Assembly: GCA_051294905.1 (NCBI GenBank)
Contig: CM119371.1
Coordinates: 1,614,001 to 1,678,000 of the forward strand
Source of the DNA: Botryllus schlosseri
Taxonomy: Eukaryota
Direction of reading: 5' to 3'
Length of the DNA stretch: 64,000 nt
Positions 39,653-52,795 of this stretch are shown piece by piece. The translations under genes were made by a program, and so were the position numbers. Position 1 is the first letter of the stretch. Every line of letters starts with the position of its first letter. The notes below the pieces were generated by a model, which saw only the letters and a list, made by a program, of their open reading frames with translations, searched no databases and was not told the origin of the DNA.

Positions 39653-39841
39653 GTTTTCTACACCATTCAGCGCGTTGATACAAATTATCCCATCTTAAGA
39701 GGTCATAAATGGGATGGAAGCACATCTGTTGGACATTTTCGATGGTGGAGTTGATGGGGATCTGAATAGAACATGATAAAAACATGACAGCAGCGCAGTC
39801 AAACACACCGATACATCCAGAGTGATACAATATACCGGCAC
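39653..39841 (-). pseudogene. RBM28: RBM28-like RRM3 exon (copy 1), degraded
   Basis: Paralogous to 47195-47390 and 50120-50300, which retain SKRCA[YL]V[QR].KT (cf. RBM28 SKGCAFAQF); donor |gtatgt. Confidence 0.55.
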
Positions 39842-40336
39842 CTGACGACCTAACAACTAATGGTGAGGGTAATATACATACACTACAGTAGGAGATCTTG
39901 ACCTGGGGTCTACATATTCCTTGATGGTGTAGGCCAACACATATTACCGTAGTTGAAGGGCCACGAAAGGCCAATGTTTAAAAAAGAATAATAAGCTATA
40001 TTGTCCTTTATAACATCTGTTCTCATTGCAGACTGACATATATATTTTGTTTCATTTTTGGCGCTCACAACAGTTCGCAAGCAAAAGTGGCGAGCATTTA
40101 TTAGTAATTAGGTGCAATCATTAAGAGTGGGCAGAAGAGATGAAATTTCGTTTTAGTTATCGGGATACCAAATCCCCATGAAGTGTTTTAACCGAAAATT
40201 TTCATAAAAAAATCAAGCTCTCAAAGAATGAACAAGGCGATCATTAGGGCCCCGAATTCCCCCATTGTATACTAGGTGTTAGTTTAGTAACATCAGACGT
40301 GGTCATGGTCAGTGACAAAGTATTTCAACTTTTGGT

Positions 40337-40802
40337 CAGGGTTGTAACTAAGTCACATGGTTCCGAGTCATAAGTCATTCTCACTTTTATAGTTTTGACT
40401 CGAGTCAAGTTGATTCATTTTCAATTCACCACCGAGTCAAGTCCAAGTCAGCGAGCGGAGGGTCGAGTCTGAGTCATGGTAACAGTTTCCAATTAAATCC
40501 ACTTTTTATAACTGTTTGGTCATATCGAGCCGTTCGCATTTATAATATACTAATTTTTCTCACTTTCAACAGTTTCTGGTCGCATTTTCAAGCACCGCTA
40601 ACAACAGATGAAATACCATCAGTGTGGTTACTTTACTATTTTTCGAAATTACAATGAAATGTCGGTCTTTGCAGCCTGAGTCTCAAGTCACATGACTTGA
40701 ACTCGAGTCATTTCCGTATTTTGAGAAAATGACTAGAGTCAAGTCGAGTGATCTGAAAATCGCGACTCAAATCGAGTCATGACTCGATTCATTACAATCC
40801 TG
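40337..40802 (+). mobile_element. GACTCGAGTC MITE family A
   Basis: TIR cagggttgtaa / ttacaatcctg; partial TSD cttttggt/aatttggt. Confidence 0.85.
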
Positions 40803-43189
40803 AATTTGGTAATACCCAAGTATCGCTAGGTTTATATACTTGCACTACTGACTGATTTTGTGAAGATTTTAGACTGCTTTCACTTGTACCTCACTTTTTA
40901 TGTAAAACTGGCCTACTTACTTCTCAAACTTGATATTTTGTCAAGCGGAAGATAGTTTGGAGATAAGCTTGCATGATTTTGCTGAGCTACATCGGCATGA
41001 CACGTGGGCGAAATACTCCCACATCACACCAAATGTATTTTTGAAAATTGCACATAAGCCTATTTGTCGTGTCGTTCACACTGACACTGTCATTTGTCAT
41101 GCTACGTCACTCACGGAGATGCACATGCAATTCCGAAATTATCCAAGTTCGATTACTTGCAAAAAGCATATAACACGTCTAACAAATCGACTTTTTTAAA
41201 CTACTTACACGCGTACTTTTCGTTGAATTAGGACCAGAAACTGAGGCGAATGGTCTCGATCTACTTAGTAATACTATTAACACAGTTACTGTTCAGAACT
41301 ACCACATATAAATATTACTTCAAATAGTAGTAACAAGTCTTGTAATTGCTTAAAAATGAACAGAAATACTTCTACTTCAATCGCCAGATAGTGTAAAACT
41401 AGAGCCCTGGTTGTAATGACTCGACATAAGTCAGACACGAGTCATCAACACAGATTTGGAATATAAATGACTCAATTCAAGTCACATTGTCTATTGACTC
41501 GAATCGAGTGATTTTCAAATTTAAAGATAATGACCGTGGGTCATTTAAAAAATTGCAAATGGGCCGTTTTGTGAATTTATTGAAAAGTTTGAGAACCACT
41601 AGGTTACAAGATCATAATTATAATGCGCCTACAATGTCACCGTCAATGCCAATGTGTCTCGAAAAGTATGAAGCGGTATTAAACTCACCTCGTATTACAA
41701 TTGAAAATGTCGTTGCTTGAAAGTTGCGCAAATTGCTTGGATCTGATCGATAAAAATACTTTTGTCTGTAATGACAAAGAAAAGATACGTCGATTCAGAA
41801 GCGAGTCAAATTCAAACTTTACAGTTAACCAATGTGTTAAGATTTTTTGTTACATACAGAAGTAATCATATCCGCAGTGATGTCACAGAATGAAAAACTG
41901 TCATATCCGAGATCATTGATTTAGGGATAAAACAATATCTGAACTCACCCATATGGTGCCTTTCAGTCTAATAGACATTGATGTTCGTCAGATTACATTT
42001 GATCTGTTGAGATTGCCGTACGAATTTCTTTATGATCCAACTGATGGGCATCGGAGGAATAGGACTTAAATTAATATGTCATATGATGATCTTCCATAGG
42101 CAAGGTCTCTATCAGAAGATGGATAACATGAAAATTTGACAAGGTCATTTCAATTCCCATACACATGATGTAGGTTAACATGCAAAAGGTATGACATAAT
42201 TGTATATTGGAGGGTGTGCGATCTGACTTCCTACTGACCTTGGTAGCGTACATTAGCACAGTGTGTTCGAAGATTCAACACACCGTGAACAGTATCACAC
42301 AATTTATTGACATATAGTAATTTCATATATAGAATGTTACTTAGAAGTACCCACTGAGAGAACAGACTAACGTAATATGTGACTTTTTCATTAGGGAAGA
42401 CACTGATTCTTCATTTGTATGACGGACGTACACTCATTGACAACCATGAGATGCAGTTCATCCATTTTTGAAGATTCATTCCAACTTGACGTTTTTCTTG
42501 ACAGTTAAAAAGAGACATCTGAAAATATTAGGTGCATTAAAGATGAAGAGCTCTTTGCTGCTCTTATATAAATGTGCTCCGATTAAAGAGGAGCACTGAC
42601 TGTTTTCACATAGCTATGTACTGCCTTATTAATACCAATTTGAAGTGGAGAAAAGAAATGATTCACATAATTGAAATTTTTGTCAACTTGACTTGAGTTG
42701 AGTCATCTTCATGGAAAATGGAAATGGAAAATGACTCGAGTCAACTTGAGACACTTTATGTGTGGTGTCAACTTGTAGGCCTACTACAGTCATTGCGCAA
42801 GTCTCAATAAAGTCATATGACTCAAACATTATATACAACTTGATTGAAGTCTCGTGTATCAGGATCAATACTTGACTCTGCGACTCGAGTCAAGTCATGA
42901 CTCGATTTATTACAAGCCTGAATGTAGCCACGGTATTGTCATGAAATGATATTGTTACGAAAATCTTGTCTATCCGCGTTTCTGTTGCTCATTATCAGTT
43001 ACTATAAAATATGATTCTTGCCATTTTAAAAGCTAGTACTGGGAAATTATTACCAAAAGCTTGCGTCTCATTCAGACAATCTATTCGGTAAAACAACTTA
43101 TACTCAAGTACTCACCAGAACTTCTACTTTTGAATATTACTTCAAGTAGTTGTAACAAGTCTCAAATCACCCATAATTAATGAGAAATT

Positions 43190-43392
43190 AAGGGGTCGAC
43201 TTCAAACTTCCTACCAAGTGTCGGAGATTTATCTAGGCTCCCCCTTGTCATATCATCTGTGTAAGCAGTGTCTTATAAAAGCCCAGCCGCGAGCCGTTCT
43301 ACAAGTCGGCAGCTAAAGGATGGAAAGGAAGAAAATTGGCCTGGTTGTAATGACCATGGTAGTCAACAAACACCATGAACACCACAAACAAT
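43190..43392 (+). mobile_element. SINE-like repeat, family S1
   Basis: gtcgacttc...aagtcggcagcta...aattggcctggttgtaatgacc...acaccatgaacaccacaaacaa. Confidence 0.65.
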
Positions 43393-43531
43393 ACCATAAT
43401 TACTTCTACTTCAACCACAAGATAGCGCAAGGCTAGAGCTAGAGCTAGAAACTGTGTTTACCTGTAGTCATACACATGTTAGGAGTGAAAAGAATGAGTA
43501 TATCATGGTTTTTACTGGTGCTGCCAACAAC

Positions 43532-44098
43532 CAGTGTTGGGATGACTCGAGTCACTTTTCTCGTATGACTTGACGTGACTTGGCGCGTCAGAAATGTGGT
43601 TTGACTCGTGATTCGGAGAAAAGGTTTTGAGTCAATTTCAAGTCATCAAGTAACAGTGTCGATAAAAATAGCTGAACTTGCATATATTCGAATTGTTCTC
43701 GATACGCTGGTGTGACATGTAAGAGTGAGCAATCACTATTTTGAATGATAATTATAGATTGAGGCTATACGGTTATTTGAGTACTTTATCAGTTCTACCC
43801 ATGCGTGGGCGATACGAAGCCTTTTTTTACATGTATTTTAAACTAGGTATAGTCGTCCCACGGTTCCAAACTAATGGCAACTTCCAAACAGCTACTGGTA
43901 TCAAAATGCGATGACGCAATTATGCTTCGTACTTCAAAAAATCAACTTGCATTGAACTATGACTTGACTCGTGACTTGACTTAACTCGACTTAACTCGAG
44001 CCACCTTTGAAAATAGGATGACTTGACTTGACTCGAGTCAAATGTCAATGACTTGAAATGACTCGTGACTCGAAGGAAGTGACTTGGTTCAAACACTG
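43532..44098 (-). mobile_element. GACTCGAGTC MITE family B
   Basis: Ends cagtgttggga / tcaaacactg; TSD ccaacaac/ccgacaac (7/8); inverted relative of 51989-52795. Confidence 0.85.
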
Positions 44099-44924
44099 CC
44101 GACAACACGCCACTATTCGGATCTTAAATCATGGATTTGCCAAAATAATGTAATTTATAATTTACTCACTTTTCACCTCCTCGTGTGGCAGTTGAACATT
44201 TATGTTTGTCAGATTCCGGCTGAAAGGTTGAGATTGTCATGCAAACGTCTTTCACGAAAGAAATTTAGATGTATCGGAGGAACAGCCTCTCAAATGAGAT
44301 CTTATGTACGATGATATTCTGATGGCAATCCACTGTAATAAAATTAGAAGTAGTTGTATAAATTAGATTCAGTAAATCTAACCATCTATAAAAGGATAGC
44401 ACCCGACTATATTCATCTATTTCCTATAGTCACAGGCTGAAATGGTCAGGTTTTCCTCAGTGTTACTCAGGTAGAAGTAACATCATACGTTTCTACTCAA
44501 GTGCAATTTACAAGTAACTTGAAAGACAAATGCCAGTTTTGCCACAAAAATGAAAACTGTTCAGGTACAAGTGTAAGTAGTCCTAAATCATAACAACTCG
44601 AGTACGGTAATTAGTACAAGTATGCAAAACTTATTTGAGATTTGAGTACTGTAAAAAAAAATTAAATAACTTCATTACTGACCACCACTGCTTGCTGAGG
44701 ACCTGATTTGGTTTTCTTGTTTATTTCACGTCCAAGCTTAGCAATGGATGTGTGTGCTTGAAGCGAGATGAAATATATTTTGAGCATCGGCGACTACATC
44801 GGAATGATCAGCAAAGGTTCAGTTATTGGTTTGATGGGTAGTTCATGAGATATCCGGTAATAGTCAGGCTCTAGTTCAACACACAATGGCAGGGGGCAGA
44901 CTAGTGCACCATACTCAACCAACC

Positions 44925-45280
44925 ATTGGACTGGGAACTACTTAATTTTCAAAACAAGCAACTATAACTACTTATTTTCAAAACTAGTAACTGGAATTAC
45001 TCATTTTTCAAAATTCGCTACTAGAAATAGAAATTTAATTACTCAATTTTTAACAATTAGCAACTTGAGTTGGAACTACGCTATTTTTAAAATCCGTCAC
45101 CAGAACTGGAACTACTTATTTTTCAAAACTAGCAACTAGAACTGGAACTACTCAAGTTTTCAAAACAAGTAACTGGAAATAGAAGTATAATCACTAAATT
45201 TTTGAAAATTAGCAACTTGAGTTAAAACCGGAACTGCGATCTTTTCAAAATCCGTAGCTAGAACTAGGACTGGCTACTAG
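44925..45280. repeat. Degenerate tandem array (aactggaactact...ttttcaaaa units)
   Basis: Roughly ten imperfect units of ~27-37 bp visible by eye. Confidence 0.7.
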
Positions 45281-45389
45281 GGAGGAGTGAAAAATGGAAA
45301 ATTTTGAATTTTAAAACGGACACTTTTTATGTGGTGACAAATTACAAAAAAATCTATAATAATTTTGGGCTCGTGCACCCTCTAGTTGT

Positions 45390-45860
45390 CGAAATTGACT
45401 AGACTTTACTATAGTCAATCTGTATAATGACTCAGTTTGAACGCGAGTCATTGCGCATGACTCTGACCAAGTGATATGACTCGAGTCTGCAACGGCCAAG
45501 ACCAACATACCATTGCAATTTCGAAGAATAGTGAAGTAACCACAGTGTTGGTATTTCATCAATTGCTACCGGTACTTGAAAATGCTATCTGAAACTGTTC
45601 AAAATGCGAAAATCAGTTTATATGTTTTAAATGTTTACCATTCAATATCGTTATAAAAAGTAGTTTTAACAAGAATAAATGGAAACTGAGCAGTCAACTC
45701 AATGACTTCGACTCGGACTCGAGTCATAATATTATGACTTGGACTTGACCCTCTGCTCGCTGACTTGGACTCGGAATGGCTCGATGGTGAATTAAAAATG
45801 ACTCGACTTGACTCGAGTTGAAACTATGAAAGTAAGATTGACTTGCGACACGGAGCCTGT
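45390..45860 (-). mobile_element. GACTCGAGTC MITE family A
   Basis: Reverse complement collinear with 40337-40802 and 62772-63353. Confidence 0.75.
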
Positions 45861-46115
45861 ATGGTCGTCAGTAAATGATTAGGAACTTCAACGTCACAAG
45901 ATTTGAAAATAATACTTTCTGTTTTGGAATGACCGCAAGATCAGACTACAGCTTCAATGACTACATCTACTTACTCAACCTGGTAAATTGTGAATTTAAC
46001 ACTCACACACATACCTACACACAATCCCGAAGCCTGTACAATACATAAACAGAGCACGTCAGCACCACAATACCGACAAGTTTGTGCTGAATATTGAATA
46101 TTGGCTCTCACGTAC

Positions 46116-47390
46116 CTGGTGATAGGAGGTCGAGACACAAATTACTCTTGTCCTCCTTTTGATTCTTTAGTTTCTTCTGTTGAAGCACATTGATAGATTT
46201 GAATCTCACTCCCGTTCATGATCTTGCCCTGAAACAATACCCAAACACACAGTTACAGCCAGATTTATACATACTACGAATCTAGTCAGTCGACGGTCAT
46301 TAACTACTGGTTATCCCGTAGTTCTAGTTCTAGTTACAATTTTTTTAATGCGAGTAGTTCTAGTTGCATTACGGAATAAGTTAGTTGCGAAACTATAAAA
46401 CACGTGTCACCGTTCTGTGAATCGTGATATCGGTGTTCTCTTGTGCGTTATTCTTGCATTGCTAGCTAAGAGTCATCACTACTAACAGTGGTTAAGCCCG
46501 GTGGTGGGTTTTGATTCACGGAACCCCTTTCATCGCAAGCTCGATATCCTGGCCTTATGTAATGCCAAATCTATCTCCAATATTTGTTAGGTTGCTTGTG
46601 ATTCAGTAATTCGTATTATCCATTATTAGTCAGCTCTGTTTTAGTTAGTTGGATTCAAGTTATCAAAGATAGTTGGTTCTATAAAATATAGTCTAGTTGA
46701 AGTTGCGAATTTTGGAAAATGACTACCGTACCGATTTTGCAAATCCAATAGTTAGTAAAGGTCTTGTTGCAGCGCCGTAACAGTGGATTGAAAGTAGCAC
46801 TTAGCATGGTCGCATATACATTAGTGCGGAGCCGGGTTGGATATCCGGCCGGATTTTTCTCAAATTTCGGTTGGACCGTATCGGAGCCGGATAAGTACTT
46901 CTTTGATAAGGCCAGAATCTCTATGGATAAGCATGACGTTTGTAACTAAATAACTACCAACCAACAACACGCAAGTAACCGCCAAGCCAGTGCGAAAAGA
47001 AACGAGCTATATTTTTAAATTCATAGAACCACCGTACCGTGTTAGGTCGGATTTCCAGCAGGAGTTTTTAATTTTTGGCCGGAGCCGGGTCAGTACTTTT
47101 TCCTGATACGGCCGGAGCCGGACCAGAGAATTGACAAACCGGATCTGAGCAGGACCAGAGAATTTGTCGATCCGCTCCTCACTAATATACATACGTTTCC
47201 TCGCCATTCAGCTCGCCGATACAATTTGTCGTTTCTTCCGGGGTCTTGGATTGGACGTAAGCACATCTCTTGGAGTGGCTGATGGGCTATGGCAGAATTG
47301 CTGACGAACTAAGCAACATATATTAAAAATGTGACAGCGACGTATTCAAATACACAAATACATGTAGAAAAACACGAGTTATACAACGTA
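46116..47390 (-). pseudogene. RBM28: RBM28-like partial copy 2 (RRM3 exon ~47195-47390; post-RRM3 exon 46116-46228)
   Basis: SKRCAYVQSKT..EETTNCIGELNGEE and QQKKLKNQKEDKSNL; frameshifts and stops; intron flanks match ~37540-37600 and ~39220-39640. Confidence 0.6.
46822..47184. mobile_element. hAT-type MITE with gccgga subterminal repeats
   Basis: Ends tagtgcggagc / gctcctcacta; perfect TSD atatacat overlapping the RRM3-exon splice donor. Confidence 0.85.
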
Positions 47391-47581
47391 TAAGGAGTCT
47401 TCAATTTTTTTTTCTAATTCAACTGACTACATGATGAAGTTGTTAGTTTGGCTATAAAAACTCACTACACCAAACTTGGTTTAATACCAATCAGTAGCCG
47501 CGTTGCTACAAGAGATGAAAGATTTGGATATAGCCTAATATAAAAAAATTAAATAATTTTTTTTCAATACTTTCTGATCAC

Positions 47582-47992
47582 CAGGGTTGTAACCAAGTCA
47601 CAAGTCAATCTCACTTTTATAGTTTTGACTCGAGTGAAATCGAGTCATTTCAATTCACCAACGAGTCAAGTCCGAGTCCAAGTCAGCGAGCAGAGTGCCG
47701 AGTCTGAGTCATGGAATTATGACTAGAGTCCTAGTCCAAGTCATTGTGTTGACTGCTCAGTTTCCATTTGAAGCCTTGGTAAACCCACTTTTTATAGCTC
47801 TGTTTGGTGATATCGAATGGTTCGCATTTATAATATGCCAATTTTCGTCACTTTCAGCAGTTTATGGTCGCATTTTCAAGTACCAGTACCAACAGACGAA
47901 ATCCCAATAGTGTGTTGGCTTCAGAATTATAATGAAATATTGGCCTTGGCTGCCTGAGTCTCGAGTCAATGACTTGGTTCGAGTCATGCGCA
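47582..47992 (+). mobile_element. GACTCGAGTC MITE family A (3'-truncated)
   Basis: Starts cagggttgtaaccaagtcac; closely collinear with the 62772 copy. Confidence 0.8.
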
Positions 47993-47994
47993 AT

Positions 47995-50300
47995 GGTTGG
48001 AATTGAGCTAAATGTAGGATTGATGTTGAAGCTTCTCAAAGCTTCAAAAGCGACTTTTCATGCTTGAAATTGATGAACGCGTATCAGAGCTATCTTCTAA
48101 CTTCTAATATTTACGCAGGGATTTATCAGATCTCGTATCACTTGAGATTCAGTGATAACTACACCGCGTCGATCTTCGTATTGGAACAGGAGAAGTTACT
48201 GAAATAGGACGGCATCATTTATCAAAGAACTCATAGAGTAAACATGTTAGCCGATTCCAAAGAAGAGCAACACATTCGACTCCGCTATTTCGGACGGTGT
48301 TGTTCTGCTCCCTTTTGGCCAAATGAAGTCGAGACACTGCTTTGTTCAAGTTAACCGGAAATTTAATTGCCCCTCCATGGCTGTGCATTACTGTATTAGG
48401 ACTGTTCAAGAATAAGCCTTTTTCTGGATTCCAACCATTCGGTGAATAAATAGTCAGGTTACCCTAAAAAACGCTGCACACCAAATTTGGTTCAATTCTG
48501 ACAAGTATAAGGCTCCGCTGATCCAATTAAAATTTTCAATTCGCTAGGGAAGATATAAAAAAAAACAATCAAGGATAATAATCAGAGAATTATCAACGAA
48601 AAACTCGAATAACTCCTCTTCTACTCGTTGGAATTGACTGAAATTTGTTTCGCAACGTTTTTGAAGACTGCTAACAATATCATGAGGTTGACAGTAACAA
48701 TTTGAATTTTTTTTTTCGATTTCACCAATAAATTAAATATTTAAATCTAATTTTGAAAAATTGTTTAGCTTTAGCTGTGATTCTGATCTAATTTGAAAAA
48801 AACAGTCTAATTATAATTCTAAATGTAGTACAATTTGTACAAAAAAACTGTAGCTTTTAGCTATCATTCTAATTCCAATCTAATTTGAATTTGAAAATGA
48901 TCTAGTTGTCCCAATCTGGCTGAGAAAACCCAGTTATCGTGTGAACCCCGGTTAGAAACCCCTGCTGCAAGTTAGCTTAATAAGAAAGTATGCTAACAGT
49001 TGTGGTTATGACATACCTTCAGCTTTTGACACTTCTAGTAAGATTGTCAGCACATAATCGAGTTGTACGTCTGCATTTTTCACTTTGGCCCGATTTGCAT
49101 TTTCAATCTTCACATGTTTCTTCCATTCTGTTGCGTTAAGATCTTCAGGGGCTTGCGTTTCTACACAGAAAAATCACAGGTGGTCATGCAGTCTGCATCG
49201 CACTTTTCTACAAGTGTTAATCGGAAGTGGCTACCTAGCTTCACGCTGGGTTGCTATGACTCGATTTACCGGTGACTCAACTTGACTCGAGTAATTTTTT
49301 CAAATAACTCTACTCGAATAAATTGATGTGTTGAATCAACTTGCCTTGAGCAATTTCTTCAATAGACTTGACTTTAGGATTACCATATTCTGGAATCGGA
49401 TAAGGGGGACACTTTTTCAAAATATTCAAACTTGGAGAAGTCAAAATTATGTCAAAATTGTAGCGTTAGGCCAAAAATTGTCTAAATTGTTTACAAATAA
49501 CTTTTTTGCAACCTGCGTTTTGTTCATTTTGTATATTTTGCAGTGTCTGTGAACTTGTCATTTGACATTTCACCGCTTGTAGCCTACTTTATAGGCCCGC
49601 AGTTGTAGACGGCCCATGGTCTGCTTATTGTGAATCGTAAACATTCAAATGAAACAAATAGGTCAACATGGTGCTCAACGTACCGCAATATCCCACTAAA
49701 GCTACACTGCGTGGACATTGCAAGGTTCTTATATCAAGAAGTGTTGTGCTACTAAACATTTTAATTATTTCTACCATAATCCGTGGTGTAACTTCTGCAA
49801 TTCTTCATAGGGCCAGATTTTCTTAAAATAAAGTTAGAAAAATTTTCAGTTATCGATGCAAAAAAGTTTTTTTCAGGCCATACTACTTCGTAAGGAAAGA
49901 CAGTTCCAACCGGAAATGAAGACAATTCTAACGTTATGTGGGAAAACACCTCATTGGTATACATTATTTTTTAAAAGTCGGTAAAAAATGTCAAAATATT
50001 GATTTTTAGGTCAAAATCGTTCATTTTTAGGTTAAAAATAAGCCTAGTCAAAACCATACACGTCATCAAATTCTCCGTTGGGATTGCCAGCTTTCTGATT
50101 GCATTTGCATTTTCCTTACCATTCAGTGAGTCGATACAATTTGAAACTTTGTCGAAGGTGAGGTCTTGAATCGGACGAGAGCACATCGCTTGGACATGCC
50201 AATGGCGATCTGAATAGAAGATGTCATAAATGTGACAGCAACGTATTGAATTTGAAACATATGAATACAAGCAGGAAAATAATGTTCATGCATCTGAGAT
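47995..50300 (-). pseudogene. RBM28: RBM28-like partial copy 3 (RRM3 ~50120-50300; linker exon 49017-~49175; RRM4 exon ~47995-48198)
   Basis: GMSKRCALVRFKT; DLNATEWKKHVKIENANRAK; LLL..YEDRRGVVITESQVIRDL...YAFINF; nucleotide paralogy with 33690-35691; many stops and indels. Confidence 0.7.
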
Positions 50301-50858
50301 CTTATGATCATACATACAACACACTTGATATCAAAAAGAAACTATCAAGTTTCTCATTGAATTCAAATTTCTGATATTTATTTATTTATTTGATATTTTG
50401 GGTATTTGGCATCGGCAGGACCCAACATATCCATCACTGTTTCATTTCAATAGTGAAAATCGCCTAATAGTTTTATGGTCTTATTCTACGTTCACTTTAG
50501 TCACAGCAAGTAGTAGAGGTGGACCGATATCGACCTAGCCGATGATCGAGGCCAATGTTTGGAACATCGCTCCGAGTTCTCAGTCTCAGGAAATCGACGA
50601 GACAAAGGGGGCTGCGTGACAGATTGCCCTTGCAGGACAAGTTGGAGTGGGTGAGCATGCAGTGAAACTATGCTTCCTGCATCACAGCCTAACTCTACTG
50701 GACTGATATGTGATTCTGCATCATCTTTTGCTCTTTGGGTAACTCCTACATATCAATGAATGTGCACAATTAGGCAATAATTGTTTTCTAGTTTATTGAT
50801 CAGCTTTCTGTGGCATGTACAAGAGACAACCACCCTAATCGAACAGAACAGGATAGAA

Positions 50859-51458
50859 CAGTAGGGCTGTTGGAAAAAATCTTTTTTTTCTGAATCTTGT
50901 TGGCTGCATTATTAAACCATTAGTTTGGCTTAAAAAACGATGCACACGAAATTGGAATTCATTCCAACCGGTAAGCGCTTTTTTGAATATACTCAAAAAT
51001 GCAAAAAAAATTTCAAATTTTTGGTCAACCCCAGGAAATTGTTGCGCTGTCTTCAAAAACGATCCAAAACAAATTTGACTCAATTCCAACCAGTGAAAGC
51101 AGGGTCATTTGAGTTTTTCTTTGATAATTCTGGGATTATCCTTGATCGGTGGATAATCCAAGAATTATCAACGAAAAACTGGAATAACTCTGCTTCTACT
51201 AGTTGGAATCGAGTCAAATTTGTTTTGGATCGTTTTAAAAGACAGCGCCACAATTTCCCGAGGTTGACAGAAAAATTTGAAAATTATTTTTTATGGCATT
51301 TTTAGGTAAATTCTAAATTTTCACACTGTACGAATTACGCCCTTACCGGTTGGAATGAATTCAAATTTCGTGTGCATCGATTTTTTAAGGCAACCTAATG
51401 ATTTAATCACGTAACTAACAAGGTTCAGGAAAAAAAGTTTTTTTGAACAGCCCTACTG
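50859..51458. mobile_element. Foldback (long inverted repeat) element, ~600 bp
   Basis: Termini cagtagggctgtt / aacagccctactg; arms pair over most of the length, e.g. cgatgcacacgaaatt-gaattcattccaaccggtaag vs its reverse complement at ~51342-51380. Confidence 0.88.
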
Positions 51459-51988
51459 CACAGCCTGTCGTAGTGGTCTGGCGGAAGAGATGGACATGGC
51501 CTATTTTGCACCATTCACCCATGATTCGGCAGCTACATGATACTGCACTATAGTCGTTCCAGACACAAATGAATAGCTTTGCACAGCATAGAGGCAACTA
51601 GAGTGCAACATGGCGTTACTAAAAAATAATGACTTTGCAGTTCCAATACAGCAGTTTTCTGAAGAAAATAGCTACCACCAAAAAAAATTCATGATTTTAT
51701 CTTTAATTTGATACCACATCAGTTTTAGAGCACAGTGACACTTGAAAACAATAATTTTTGAATATGTTTATATGACAACATTTTTCAACAACTGAGGCTT
51801 CAGCAATCAAGCATTAAGACCATGCACACACCGTATGCGTCGGAAATATCGTTTTACTGGCCTCTTAGGAATGTATCTATTTTTTCAATGTCGCTATAGG
51901 CTACAACTAGAGTAGCAATAATCGGCAACTTTATCAATTTGAGAGACACGGCGCTAATTTTTGTTCGGGTCTTCATATAACGTTGAAC

Positions 51989-52795
51989 TAGTGTTGGGAT
52001 CAAGTCACTACCTTCGAGTCACGAGTCATTTCGAGTCGTTGCACATTTTGACTCGAGTTAAGTCAAGTCAATCGATTTTCGAAGGTGACTCCGAGTCAAG
52101 CCAAGTCACTCGATTTTTAGAGTTGACTCGAGTCGAGTCAAGTCAAGTCGCAAGTCAAGTCACAACTCAAGTCAAAATGCCTTTTCGGAGTATGAGGCAT
52201 GCTTATTTTTTTGCACTCTGCTAGCTGTCTGAAATACAGATTAAGTGGTCATTGATTCATTCACATATAGCCTACGTAGAAACCCTAAACTACGTAAGCA
52301 ATTGCATAGCCTCAGTTTATAGTTACCTGTCAAAATAGATCATTGAGAAACGAATTGATAAGATGCAATACATTACCCATTTACAAATTCATATGGAATG
52401 ATACAAACTCAAGCCTGCGCGAATAGTTCGGGACTATATGAACTATATTCGTATTCAATTTTAAAAAATCAAGAGGTTCGGTTATGACAGCGCAAGCTTC
52501 ACTTCGGTGGTGGCAATATATTTATGAGAGAACAATGGAGGCTCAGTAAAACGCACGATCATTGGATGATTGGCCGTTCTCACGATTTAACGTTTCGTGA
52601 ACAATCCGACCATATACAAAATACTGCGAATTTTATTGACGTCTATTGCTTGATGACTTGAAATTGACTTGTGAATTTTGCTCAAAGTCACGAGTCAATC
52701 CACTTTTCTGACACGCCAGGTCAAGTCAAGTCATTTTAGCAAAATGACTCCAGTCTGATTCGAGTCAAGTCATGACTCAAGTCATCCCAACACTG
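51989..52795 (+). mobile_element. GACTCGAGTC MITE family B
   Basis: TIR tagtgttgggat / atcccaacactg; perfect TSD cgttgaac. Confidence 0.92.

Larger units (their letters stand above)
41688..44332 (-). pseudogene. Duplicated pair of decayed exons (~44171-44332 plus ~42434-42518; ~41949-42100 plus ~41689-41766), possibly RRM-like
   Basis: Canonical acceptors and |gtgagt/|gtacgt donors; the two longer exons share NLTNINV; flanking intron sequence duplicated (~41290-41406 vs ~43115-43440); multiple stops. Confidence 0.35.

Noticed and set aside
41406..42920. Composite (Pack-type) transposon formed by two outward-facing family-A MITE ends around exon remnants
   Set aside because: Flanks (actagagc / aatgtagc) do not form a TSD; more simply two independent truncated insertions.
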